NCBI RefSeq assembly: GCF_009914755.1
Contig: NC_060932.1
Reading direction: 5' to 3' (one strand)
Source of the DNA: the human T2T-CHM13v2.0 reference genome, Homo sapiens
DNA: 64,000 bases
The translations under genes were made by a program, and so were the position numbers. Under the pieces are notes generated by a model that worked only from the letters and a program-made list of their open reading frames with translations, had not been told where the DNA came from and did no database searches. Shown piece by piece: positions 39,661 to 52,899 of the stretch. Position 1 is the first letter of the stretch. Each line of letters starts with the position of its first letter.

Positions 39661-40079
39661 TGCTTCCGGTTCCTCTTTAAGCCATACGAAGGGGTGTTCC
39701 GGATCTAACAGATTCTCCCTTCTCAGGAGTACTTGCATTTTAAAAGATGACCCTGGGGCTGCTTCATACAGCACAATAAATTGACTAGAGCGAAGCTCCG
39801 GTGGGAAGCAGTGGGGTAAAGATATTTTGGGGGCAGGAAATGACCTTCCTTTACTTCCCAAATCATACCACTTAGACTAGCAGTTCTCAGCCTCAAAGCT
39901 GTGACACGCTGGTGTGGGACCAGCAGTTGTGAGATGTATCACAAGCAAATGCTGCCAAAAATAAAGTGCTGTGGTTTTTGAATAATCCCCCCCACCAATT
40001 TTTTGTTTGTAAATCAGAGGGAATTCAGGGTTATCCCTATAATGTTGTCACGTCCGCTGTCATTCCTCCGTGATTTCTC

Positions 40080-40378
40080 GAGCGGGAAAGAAGAGTGAGC
40101 AGGAACCACTGCTTTCTGCAACAACACAGGTGATTCCTACGATAGAATACTATGATTGCATTTACATGACGCTCAAGAATACGCCTGATTGACAGTGATA
40201 AGAGTCCAAATAATCTCACCTTGCCGGGGGTATATGGATGGGGAGGAGGTGTGTGGGAGACTCTTGGGGTGTTGGAAATATTTGCTATCTTGATCTCGGT
40301 GGTGGTTACTTGGGTAAATAACCATTAAATTGTATGCTTAAGACCTATGTACTTGATGTATGTACTTGTAACTACATA
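40080..40378 (+). mobile_element. Old L1 (L1ME/L1MD-type) 3' fragment
   Basis: tactatgattgcatttacatga; gggtgttggaaatatttgctatcttgatctcggtggtggttac. Confidence 0.7.
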
Positions 40379-40654
40379 GTTTTTTCTTTTTTGAGATGGA
40401 GTTTGGCTCTGTTGCCCACGCTGGGCTCGGCTCACTGCAACCTCCGTCTCCCAGTTTCAAGTGATTCTCCCACCTCAGCCTCCTGAGTATCTGGGATTAC
40501 AGGCGCTGCCACTATGCCCAGCTAATTTTTGTATTTTTAATAGAGATGGGGTTTCTCCAGGCCAGGCTGGTCTCGAACTCTTGACCTCAGGTGATCCGCC
40601 CACCCCGGCCTCCCAAAGTGCTGGGATTACAGGCGTGAGCCACTGTGCCCGGCC
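40379..40654 (-). mobile_element. AluS with small internal deletions
   Basis: Both arms; segments missing after cgctgg and after ggggtttctcca. Confidence 0.9.
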
Positions 40655-42359
40655 TATAAATGTTTTTTTGAAAAGTACCTTGGAATTCCAGGCAAACACC
40701 TATAAAGGGTTTTCCTATGGTGCCTGTTGGAAATTCCCTAAATGCCCTAGGGTCTTGGGCAAAGACAGTGGGGTGTTGGCATTAATGCAGGAGTCTGGGA
40801 GCACTGGGGTCCCTAGCAGGCTGTTTCCCCTGAAGTGACTGCCCACGAACACTTCTTGTGTCCCTCTGCCCCCTGGTAGATGCCTTTTTGGGGCTGACAT
40901 CTCAGCCTTATTAGTGCCAGTGCTTGCAGAGACAGGACCCTCTTTGGATGTCTTATTTTTCCTGGCCACACAGCCCCTAGCACAGTAAGAGCATGGGTGC
41001 TACCAGTATGTGTTGTGAAGCATTTATTGCCTGGGGTGGTTTGGGGTGCTCACGCGAGCCCCCCACGACAGCCTCAGTGAACAAAGCCAAGCAGACCCCC
41101 CATCCCCTGCCAATCCAAGGCCCCACGGTGCTGAGGTGACAGTTCCCGGGCCTCCGGTGCGGAGCTCATTTTGTTTGCTTTGTATGTTAGTTTTCACCCA
41201 GCCCTTCGGTTGCCAAGGAAACAGTGACGCAGCCTCGGGTGGGGCCTCGGCCCAGTCAATACGGAGCCTTTTGAGGCAATGGTTCAGGGAGGCCAGCTGG
41301 GTGCTGGGGAGGGTGGCAAGGAGGTAGGGGGTGGGTCAGGGCAGGATGGGGAGAGGAGTGGGGGCGGGCTTTTTGTTGGCCCGCGGATGGTGCTATCAGG
41401 AGGCAGTATTCCATTTGCAGCCTCCGGAGACCCACCCTTGGCTGTGTCACCGGCAGATACGAGGCAGAAGGTTCTAGAGGCCGAAGGAACCGCCCGTTCC
41501 TATCCTGGTGTTTGTGTGGCCTGGGACAGTCGTCTCCGGGGCTCTGCCACATGTCAGGCCTCTGCAGAACTCAGTCACACTAGGAGCTGGGCAGAGTGGG
41601 TTTCTGGGAGCTGAGAGCATTTGTGGACATTTGGGAAGTGGGGGTCTGCTGGAAACTAAGGTCCAGGTGGATCCTTTTGATGTGAGAAGCAGCTCCTGTG
41701 TCCCCCAGGGACGATCTCCTTCCCTCTCTACCCTCACGTTGCCACCATCAGTGACATGAGACCCCTGGGAGCTCTCAGCCAGCTTGGCCTCAGTGCCCCT
41801 CAGTGCCCCCTCAGCCTCACGCTCCCTGGGCACGCCATTGAGGTTGCTCCTGGGTTCCTGCCTCCCTCAGGCCCATACTCTTGGCGCCAACCATGCAGCC
41901 CAAGTTTACAGGCCAGGAGGCTACCTGAGACTCCAGCCCTCTGGGGCTTATCTCAGAGTCTCTGTTTTGAAGGCTCCTCCAGAGAGGGAGGGCCCCATTA
42001 TTATGCTTGGTCCTGTCTCAGTGGCTCTGGATGCAGCCTTTCGGTAAAGATATTCTGAGTTCCGTTCTTAACCCTAAGCTGCCCCACAACCTGGTGAATA
42101 AGCAAAGACCTTCCCTGCTGTGTGCCTCAGTTTCCTTTCTGAGACCCTTCCTTTCCTGCTGCGTGGATGCTCTCCCATGTCTTGCCTGCAGCCTAGAGAG
42201 GAATAGAACAGGGCCTTTCCCCAGGCCCCGCCTCCCCACCCGAATGCCTCTTCTCTGTCATCTCCCCATCACCCAGCCTCTTTCTCCTTTATCACCCTTC
42301 CCCAGTCACTTTTCAAATTCTGTCAGCTCTTCCTTCAAAATGTCGCCAGCATATGTCCC

Positions 42360-42520
42360 TTCTTTTTTTAAAAAAATAAATTCCATTGTTTTTCTTCGTA
42401 TGAAAGAGAAATATGCTCAGTGTAGAAAATTTAGAAAATACCAATAACCAAAGAGAAAAAAGAAAAGAAAGCCGTCATCCTTCCTCCCGCCATTGCTGCA
42501 GTCATTATTTTGAGACACAC
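42360..42520 (-). mobile_element. Old L1 (L1MC/L1ME-type) 3' fragment
   Basis: aatatgctcagtgtagaaaatttagaaaatac. Confidence 0.65.
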
Positions 42521-43394
42521 AAGTCAGTCCCGGCCTGTGCTCAGGAACCTGCATCTCCTCTTTGTTTTGTGACTCCCCATTCCTGCCACTCTGCTGCCCT
42601 CAGGGCCCCTGACTCTCTCCTCTTGTCCACCCCGCCGCCTATGCCACGCTAACCTTCTCAAACTCTGCCTTCGAAATGCTTCAGTTTCCTACACGTCAAA
42701 TCCTAGGCAGCCATCAGCCCCTAGGAAGCAGGCGCCCCTCTGGGTGGAAGCCCACAGGGTACCAGGTCTATGGCGGGCACCTTTGTGTGAATGAGAAAGA
42801 AGGCTCCTCTTCCTTGGGGCAGAGGAAGCTCTGGGACTGGGTCAGTGGCTTGGTGGGCAGACAGCAAGGAGCAGTCAACAGCTGTGGGAGGTGGCCCTGG
42901 TGAAACCTGCTCTCTGCCATATGGTTGCCAAAGCCTCCCTTACCCTCCCTTATCAATCGCAGTCCCCCTTCCAAAGCACCTATCCTCCCTCAATGCCAGG
43001 CCAGCCTAGTCCCTGCTTCTCAAATGCTGTGTGTTCGATGCCCCTCTGGCCTTGGCCGAAGCTGCATCCTGTCCTCTCTCTCCCTACCCTCCCACTGCGC
43101 ATCCTTGGAGGCCCAGCCCAGGGGTCCAGGCAGGTCCCCTGAGTGAATCTCTGGGTGGGTTGGGGTCTGGGGTGAATGGGAGAGGGCCTGCGCTGGCCAG
43201 ATCTTCCTCCAGGTTATTCATTGTGACTGTGTGATTTTTCAATGTCGCCTGCTCATTCAGCTCTTGAAGACACCCTGCCCAGGCTGAGGGAAGTTGTTCC
43301 ATTTGTCCTCTGAATATTTCTGTGCCTCCATCCCACCTCTCCTTGATCAGCCCTGCTCCTCAGGCAGAGAAGCATCATCTTCACATTAGCAGTT

Positions 43395-43660
43395 CAGGCT
43401 GTGTGGTTTAACGGAAAGCACACGTATCCACGCATCCGCTCAACATGTATTTATTGAATACCTTCACAGGTTTTGCAGTAAAAAAAAATCTTGGCTTAGC
43501 TTCTGATGCTACCACTTTCTTGAGCAAGTCACCTAAATTTTCCAAGCCTCATTTGCCCACCCATAAAATGGGATTGAAGTTACTTCTCAACTCACTCACT
43601 CGTGAGAAGGCATTGAAATCAGATATGTGAAAGCATTTTGTAAACCGTGATGCTTGGTGA
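43395..43660 (+). mobile_element. MIR
   Basis: ttgagcaagtcacctaa...agcctcattt...ataaaatggga...tgtgaaagcattttgtaaac. Confidence 0.75.
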
Positions 43661-43831
43661 AATGCCATGAGCATCCCATCACCTTTGTTTAGGGTGTGCT
43701 AGTCACACTGAATAGTGTAAGCTGACCCCCACAGGACTGAACACCTACCAGGCATTTGATAAATACCTGCAGGTTAGTTAACACAATGCATTGACAGTAC
43801 CATATATACCTTCTTCAACAGAGAATTTGTT

Positions 43832-44885
<1,054 letters not shown>

Positions 44886-45100
44886 GGGCAGGAGAGGGAG
44901 CAGGGAAATAATTGGACATGGTGCGTCAAGACTTTGGGCTGAGATAATTCTGCATATGCAAAGGCATCTAGAAGAGTCCCAGGCAAACTGTAAGCACTCA
45001 GTAACTCATACTAATTATTCCTGGGTTCCATGCCCATTATATACCTTATTTTATTTAATTAAATCCTCACAACAACCTTGTGGGGCAGGGCAGGTATTCT

Positions 45101-45244
45101 CTCTCTCTCTCTCTCTCTTTTTTTTTTTTTTTGAGACAGGGTCTTGCTCTGTCATCCAGGCTGGAGTAAAATGCTGTGATTGTAGCTCATTGCGGCATCC
45201 AACTCCTGGCCTCAATTGATCCTCCTGTCTTGGCCTCCCAAAGT
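45101..45244 (-). mobile_element. 5'-truncated AluJ/FRAM-type right-arm monomer, nested in a minus-strand MIR (about 45040-45370)
   Basis: (CT)n plus poly-T tail; TSD aggtattct at 45092-45100 and 45245-45253. Confidence 0.85.
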
Positions 45245-45684
45245 AGGTATTCTTATGTACATTTTCCAAATGAGGAAACCAGCAGTCAGAGAGATTCAGT
45301 GCCTCTGCGCAGGCCACAGAGCTATGAACTGAGAGGCTGGTCTGGGACCCAGGCCCTACTGTCTCCTCTACCTGAAGGTCAGCTATCTGAGGCCCACAGA
45401 CCTTTTCTTAGACAAATAGGAAGATTCTGCTTCCCATGACATTGCTGGCCTTACTTCTGTGAGCCTCTTAGCTGGAAGGTCCTTGTGAAGGCCTTCAAGG
45501 CAGCCTCCACCAGAACCCACCTGCCTCAGAAATACCTGCACAGTCTTGGCTGCTGTGAGCTGGGCTCTCATAGCTAACAGGGGCCCTCTCTTTAAACTTC
45601 AAAGGAACAAAGACTTAGAGAACCCATCTTGGCCTTCCCCACCCCCTACCCCTCTTTCCCCACCCCCAAAGAAAAATGAAAGAA

Positions 45685-45955
45685 TCTGATAATTACTTCT
45701 ATCTACCACCCAACTGTACTAATTACCAACCTATTTCTTCACAGTATGACAGACACCAGCTCTGGAAAACACATAGAGATAAATTAGCACTAATTGGTTT
45801 TCCTCTGGCTGTTTGAATTAGTATTTAAAGCTCCAATTACAAAGCAGAATAATTGCTATTAATGTCCTATCGCAGCACAAAAGGCAGTTCGCTCAAGCAC
45901 CAGCCCAGGTGTATTATTACTCTGATTACAGCATATTTAACCTGGCTCGTTAAGA
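45685..45955. promoter_or_regulatory. Homeodomain-site-dense CNE-like block
   Basis: At least 8 TAAT/ATTA cores (taatta, ctaatta, aattag, ctaattgg, ccaatta, taattg, attaat, gatta), tgacag and acaaag in 270 bp with no repeat similarity. Confidence 0.55.
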
Positions 45956-46599
45956 GGGAGACACAGGGGACAGTTTCAATATGGTGGACAGGCCACTTCC
46001 TGCAGGGCACAAAGCTGGAGGAGACCCGTGACCCCAGGGAAGAAAGGCGGGGAGGGAGGCAGGGAGATGAGGGGATGGGGAAGCTGAGCCTGGAAGCCTG
46101 TGGGATTTCTCAGCAGGCTCCTGGGGTCTCTTCCTGTGGCTCTCACTGTCTCTTGGGGGCCTTTTCCTGGGCTGGCCTACCCCTCTCCCTACAGAACAGC
46201 TGCCTGCTCATACCCCAAGCTAGCAAAGTCATCCGCAGGCCTTCCTGGCCCCTGAGAGGGTGCTCAGGAGGGAGGCTGCTGCCAGAAGGACCTGTGGGAT
46301 GTTCCCAATGTTGGCATCAGGCTTGTCACTAGGGAGCGGGTGGGGGCTGAGCCCTCTAGCCACACCTCTGTTCCCTTGGGAGCCTCAGCCGGGGGCTTTA
46401 GGATGCAGGGTTGCTTGCTGTTCCAACCGTGGGGGTCCTTGCTTTACCTCCTCCGCCCTTTTCCATCTTGTTCCTCTACCAGGGACCTTCCCTGTTCTGA
46501 CCAGAGGACGATGGGAGAGTTGGGAAGAAGGTGAACTCCGTGCAGTCCCCTTAACGGGTGCTATACACAGGGGGTAGGGTAGAGAGCCCTGGCTGTCCC

Positions 46600-46750
46600 A
46601 CTCACAGGCTAGATGGCAAGTCCTCCAACCTCCGAGATACTCAGGTCTCTTCAACTATAAAACGGGCACCACAGCCTCCCTCCTGCTGGTTTCACAGAGC
46701 TGTGAGGTTCAAACCAGGATGGAGGAAAGTGCTCTGTCGATCACAGCATG
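46600..46750 (+). mobile_element. MIR fragment
   Basis: ggcaagtc...actataaaacggg...acagagctgtgaggttcaaa. Confidence 0.6.
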
Positions 46751-47659
46751 CTGCTCCTGAAGGAAGGAGGCCAGGGCTTGAACTGGATCTGCCTCTTGCT
46801 GCTCCTTTCTTTGCTCTCATCTTCCCTTTCAATCACTTTCCTTCCTCTTCTTTGTCTCTTTCTCTACTTCCACTTCCTCCCTTCCTTTTGGGCTTCTGCA
46901 TCTCACTCATCTCCCCATTCACGCTAGGATGTTAAGGACTCAATGAGTTACCCTTTCCTAGAGCAGCTGCGTTTAAGAAGGGAGGGCTATGTTTAACCCA
47001 AAGAAATGAGTCACTAATGGTGAACTTTCAGGCAAACTGAGATGATATTTTGTGGGGGAGAGGGAGGATGTCACAGTACTCTTCAGAGCCCCATAGGCAG
47101 CTGTCTGCTCACTGACACACAGGTTTGGCGCCAGCCTGTGCCAGGCTCAATTTTAGCCAGCGAGGGAAGGAGGCCCCGCAGGGAGGAGTCAGCAAGAGAA
47201 AAATCACCGATGGGGGGTAGGGGCCGAGTCCCCTCCACCTGGCAAACCCAGCTGAAGTTGCTGACCCTAGATGTCAAGGTCATGACATGAGGCTTCGGGG
47301 ACTCTCATTTTGGAGGTGCAGACAGGGAGCCGCTCTGGCCCAGCCGTCCCCACCAGGATAGGCTGCTGAGTCCTGGCCATCCCCGAGGCTGTCCTGAGGA
47401 GTTCAGCCTCCTCTTGTCTGTCAGCGCCTCTGACTCTTGTCCGATTTCCTTCTGTTGCCATATGGAAAGAAACCAATCTGACTTTCCCCCATGGTCTTCT
47501 CGGTCTGTTTCATCCCTTTTAGGTCCCCTGTCCTCCCGTGCCCTCCAGTCTCTCCCCAGCTCTTCCCCAGGAGCCCCTCTTTCCTTGGTCCTGCCAGCTC
47601 CTGGGTGACACCATCCTGGAGAGATGCCACAGGCCAAGGGGCAAAGTGGTATCTGTGGA

Positions 47660-47800
47660 GCTGAGACCCAGGTTCAGTGCAGCTCTGCATTAAGTTAGCC
47701 ATGTGATACATTTTCCGTTGCCTCTCTGGCATCAGTTTCCCCACCTGTACCATAAGAGACGGGCCCCAAGTTCTCTTCTAAGGTCATGTTCTAGGTTTTA
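47660..47800 (+). mobile_element. MIR/MIR3
   Basis: gagacccaggttcagt...ctctctggcatcagtttccccacctgta. Confidence 0.7.
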
Positions 47801-48099
47801 GGGCTCCCCTCTCTTCCTTCTCCATATCAACTGGCCCCTTCTACCCGAGAAAGCTGCCTCTCTCAGCAGCATCTTTCAGGGACCCGGAAGCCCCAGGCAT
47901 CTGGCAAGGAGGGTTCCTGAGGTGGGCAATGGGAAGGCCGTCAGGGCCCGTCTGCCAGGGAGAAGCCTCCGGGTGGTCTCTGCTGGGTGGGCCCAGCTGT
48001 CGAGGCCCAGGCAAGGAGCGGCCTTGCCAACCAATCCCTCCTTTACAACCATGCCGGGAGGGGTGCGCAGGGGCCCGTGGGTGGTGTTCACGTATGGAG

Positions 48100-48260
48100 G
48101 GGGGGGATTTCTTTTTAAGAGACAAGGTGGGTGGAATGGGGGAAGCCAGCTGGCTGTGGGCTCTATTTCTACTGACAAGGCTTTACCCTGTAGGTGTGAG
48201 GAATTCCAATTAAATATGCAGCCTATTTGTCTGTGTGTGGGAGAGGGTTTGCTGGGAAGG
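48100..48260 (+). promoter_or_regulatory. Paralogous non-coding element, copy A
   Basis: 48192-48241 is 40/50 identical without gaps to 51558-51607; shares collinear blocks with 50380-50470. Confidence 0.6.
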
Positions 48261-50374
48261 AGGGGGACGGAGGCAGCGTCTCTGCGGCATACCAGCAAAC
48301 CAGAAATTAGCTCCGTTCATCACAGGCACACGGGGCTTCCCTCAGCCCTCCTGTGCACTCACAGGAGGCTCGAGGAGACAGACAGAGGAAGCGAGAGAGA
48401 GGTTGGGGAGGCGGGTTCTCCAGGCTGGAAGGGCTTCCGGAATCTCTGAGTGGGCAGGAAGGATTGCCCGACTCCTTGGCTCTTGGGGGGGTTTCCCGTT
48501 CTGGAGGCGCCGGCAGTGAGCTTCTCTGGGCCATCTGTCCCTACCAGGGATGGCCAGGGTGGTCTGGGCTCACCCCTGGAACAATGGGGGTTGCAGATGC
48601 ACACAGAGGGGTGTCTGTGTGCACCAGAGAGGCAGGTGGGTCTGTGGCAGGGGCTGCCTGGGGCAGGCACCATTACCTCTCCAGGGCCCTGGGGACCACT
48701 GGGACCCTCCCCTTCTTCATCTCTGCACCAAAGTAATACTTAGAAAGCCTCGTGAGGGGCAGCGGTTTCTTTGAAGAACAGAATCCTGAGATGCTGACGC
48801 CAGCGCTCACACCCTTCCTAGCAGAGAGATTATGCCAAGGTTTTTGGGGGTGCATGGGTCTCCAGAAGCCATTGCAAACCCTTCCCTTTCCCCTTTCTTC
48901 ATTTCTCTTTTTACTCATAGATGAGATTTGGCAGAAAACATGAAAGTTCTGTAGGGCACAGAGGCCAATCTATGTTGACGCTGATAAATTTGGTCTTTCA
49001 ACAGTAAAATTATGTGGTTTGGGGGAGCTTTCCATGGTGCCTGGCATGTGAGTACCTTTGAACCTCAGTGTTGATGGTTGCAGGGTCTGTGGGCCTCCTG
49101 GTTACGCCATCGGTCTTGCTCTCAGCCTTCAAACCACTGGTCTTTCGTTCCGGCTGCCACTCTGTCTTCTTACATCCTCCTCCCACGGGTTTCTCCATCA
49201 GCCGAGTCCTCTCTGCATTTTTGCTTATCTTTTCTTGATGCTGTTTCTCTCCCTATCTGCAAACACTTATTCCTCCCCATCTCTACTTTCACCATCTATT
49301 CCCCAACTGATTAAAACATAATCACTCGTTGACTTAAGGAGCTAAGTGGCTTGATATGGATGGGAGAAGGAGAATGGTTGGTAAGCCATTTTTTTGTGAT
49401 CGGGCATCCGAGATATTGGTCAATGAATCCCATGCCAGCTGACTCCTCCTCTTCAGAGCAGCGCTGAAGTGAAGCCTGCGGAGCTGGGAGGTGGTTGGCA
49501 CATGGCCTCATAACATTAGCCAGACTGGCCTGAAGGATGGCATTGGGGTACAACCAGGGCAGCATGTGATGCGTCCTACGGGGGCAGGCTTGGGTGGGGA
49601 CATGGGAAGGGCACCGATCAGAATGGTGGGTTGGGGCAGAGAAACAGCAGCTGAGGTCCGGAGGGAGGGAGCTACAAAGGAGGTGAGTGTGCAGAGAAGC
49701 AGGTGGTGTGGGTCAGAGCATACAAGTGAGAAACTGGGAAAGACATTCAGCACTGATCTGCTCATGAGGGAGGGAGGGTGCTGGCCCCTTCCTCATTTTC
49801 CCCGATTTCCCTCTTTCCTTCTGCTTCCCCTCAGGTCCCCCTGAGTTCCCCCTCCTCTACTCCTCCACTCCCCTCACTTCCTCCATCTGCATCATCTCTC
49901 ACATTTACAGTGTGGAAGAGGAGGGTGTGGCTACCCCAGGAGAACTTTCTGGGATGGAGAGGACAAGACCACAGTGGACAGGCTGTTGGGTGGGGCCCTT
50001 CTAAGCTGTGAGAGTGACCTGGGCTGGAGCCCAGGGTGGGCCTGGCCTAGAGCATAAGAGGGGCTGTGGGGAGGGGGGAACGCAGCCCTGAGACCTGAGG
50101 AGAGGCAGGCCCTGAAGGAAATGAGCAGGCTTCAGCTGAGGCCACATTGACAGGACCTCCTGGTGACAGCCTGAGGTGGCCAGGACACTTACCCCCTGGC
50201 TGCCAGCCTGCTCTAGCTCCATCGGATACAGGGTTCTCTTCTCACTCGCCCTGCACGGCACTCCTGTTGCCCCAGAGCCGGGGGTGGTGGCTGGGGCACC
50301 GGGAAATGTTATGAATGGCAGAACTGCTCCAAGCCCCCAGCCTTCCTCTTGAGGAGGAGGAGAGAATCCGACCA

Positions 50375-50475
50375 TGAGGTATTTTCCTGGCGCTAAGGAT
50401 AACCTTGTAGGAGGCAGAGGGAATCCAATTAGACATGCAAGGCTGGGGAGGCTGAGGGCGTGTGGGAGAAGGCTG
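50375..50475 (+). promoter_or_regulatory. Paralogous non-coding element, copy B
   Basis: aaggataaccttgtagg / gagggaatccaattag / catgca / gtgtgggaga in the same order as copy A. Confidence 0.5.
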
Positions 50476-51004
50476 CTTTTCACTTTCTGGCTTCCCCGCG
50501 CCCTCAATGAGAAATTATAGCTTGGCTCCTTCGTTACAGCCCCCCTCCGCTCTCCTCTTTCCTTTCCCAGGGCCGTCATCACACTCAGCTTTTCCCACCA
50601 CCAGCCCCTGCACAGAGGGGGAAACAGAGTCCCACAACGATGGGACCCGCGAGGCAGAAGCCCTCCTGGGCAGTGCCATCACGGTTCCCTTCCTGTCTCT
50701 AGTTGCCCCTGGAATTTGGGGGAGGCTGCCTCCTGTACCCCTGGAGTTGGTTGCCCATCTACCCCTGTCTCTACTGCTTGTCCTGAGCTTATCTGAGCTC
50801 TGCAGTGATTGTCCATCTCGCCCCTCTCTGCTTGGGCTCGGCACAGGTAAAGCAGCAAATGACCTCCTTCCTCCCAGACCCAAAGTCCCCAACTGCCCCC
50901 GGTGGACAGATCCATGTGCTTCCATGTGAGACTGGATCCTGTTGCCCGGAAGATGCCCCACTTAGTCCTCTTTAGAGGCAGTTATGGGGAGACAGAGCTT
51001 GAAC

Positions 51005-51109
51005 TTTTTTTTTTTTTTTTGAGATGGAGTTTCGCTCTTGTTGCCCCGGCTGGAGTGCAGTGGCATGGTCTCAGCTCACTGCAACCTCCGCCTCTTGGGT
51101 TCGAGTGAT
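51005..51109 (-). mobile_element. Severely 5'-truncated AluSq/Sp-like 3' fragment
   Basis: Poly-T plus gagatggagtttcgctcttgttgccc..., stopping after about 90 bp; aactt on both sides. Confidence 0.9.
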
Positions 51110-51439
51110 AACTTGGACAGGCTCCTGGGCCTTCTTGGGCCCTCACCAAGTACGCCCACTGATAGCAACTGCTCCACCCAAGATGCTTTTCCTGCCTTCC
51201 TGTTGTCCCTGTTTCCCTCGCCTGTGATCCGGGGATGGGAACGAGGCTTCTGCTGATGGAGCGGGCCTGGGGCCACCCTGTGGACTGGGATGCAGAGGCC
51301 TGAGTGGAGAGCTCCCCAGCAAAGCCTCCTGGGAGAAGGTTCTGGGCATGCTGTCTCGTGGCTGCTGGGCTCCCGGATGGCTCCCCAGCCTTCCTTCTTG
51401 CCCTACCCTGGCCTTCTCTCCTTGCTCTGCTGAGGCCAT

Positions 51440-51630
51440 CTGAAGGGGGATTTTTCGGGGTAAGTAAAGTCTTCAGCCAGTTTTAGTGCCCCGCACAGTC
51501 AGGGGCTGCTGCCACCAGGGCGGGCTCCTCTGTCATGTTGTCGGAGGCTGTCCTCGGAGGTGTGAGGAACTCCAATTAAGCACTCAGCCTGTCTGCCTGC
51601 GTGGGGGGCACGGGCTGCATGGGAGGCGGT
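51440..51630 (+). promoter_or_regulatory. Paralogous non-coding element, copy C
   Basis: aggtgtgaggaactccaattaagcactcagcctgtctgcctgcgtggggg aligns to copy A. Confidence 0.6.
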
Positions 51631-51879
51631 GACTAATCCTCACAGCACTGATCAGAGGCCCTGGGGAGTAGGTGGTGGGAAGGTGGGCGGGGGAGGTGGG
51701 GGAGGAGGGGGATGGGGTTTCCTCACCAAGTCAGCTGGCTCCCAGCTCTGCGCGTGTGATGGTGCCCAGAGGAGGGTTTGGGATCCTGAGAAGGAAAGGC
51801 CATGGGGACCCTGGCTCCCCATAGAAGGATCCAGTCCTCGTGGGGTTCAAGGTGACCCATATTTGGATTCACCTGTTTT

Positions 51880-52010
51880 CCAAAAACCTCTGATGTACCA
51901 GGCACGGGTGCTCCCCACAACCCTAAGGCGGCTGTTATTGGCCTCAATTTACAAAGAATCTGAGCTGCAGAGAAATAAGTGACTTCTCAAAGGTCACCAG
52001 GCTAGGAGGT
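51880..52010 (-). mobile_element. MIR
   Basis: cacaaccctaagg...atttacaaagaatctgag...aagtgacttctcaaaggtcac. Confidence 0.7.
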
Positions 52011-52573
52011 GGTCAAGGGAGAGGTCCCACACCAAGGCCAGTGGGTTTTTTATGGCGTCACGGAGGTCGCCAGGCAAAGAGCTCTAAGGGTCTTTAGCAG
52101 AGCATCTGGGTCCCAGGTCACAAATGTCCCCACCCACACCCCCATTATATGGAGAGACAGAAAAGCCCAGGGAGAGAGCTGGGCTGGTGCCGTGGTCCCC
52201 CGACTCTGTGTCCCACCAACAAGAAGAGTCCTTTGGAAGGCTGGGTGGTGTCTCCACTGGGAATGTTCATTCATTTGGCAAATATCTATGAACCACTGAT
52301 ATGGTGCCCTTAGCACTGTGTTTAGCACTGGGAAGGGTGAGGAAAGTCAGGTCTGGAAGAGGAGACACTCAGCAGGGCTTCGAATATATGCATATAGAAA
52401 GTGATTGGCTATTTTTATTTTCCAAGAATAAATGGGAGGAAACAGGGCAGAAACCATCACATGGGCGACTTAGCTTGGACATGCAAATGCTTTGGAGGGG
52501 ACAACTGCTCAGTAGTTTGCCAGGGAAAGTTAAAAGCAGCATGGATTCCCAGGCATCTTGTTTTTTTAAAATC

Positions 52574-52899
<326 letters not shown>

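Noticed and set aside
48192-51607. Coding interpretation of the paralogous copies (GVRNSN* in both; QPICL/QPVCL resembling a serine-protease motif; acceptor-like tactgac...ccctgtag before copy A)
   Set aside because: Most differences are non-synonymous, other frames have stops, there are no catalytic-triad motifs, copy B breaks frame and copy C lacks a good acceptor.
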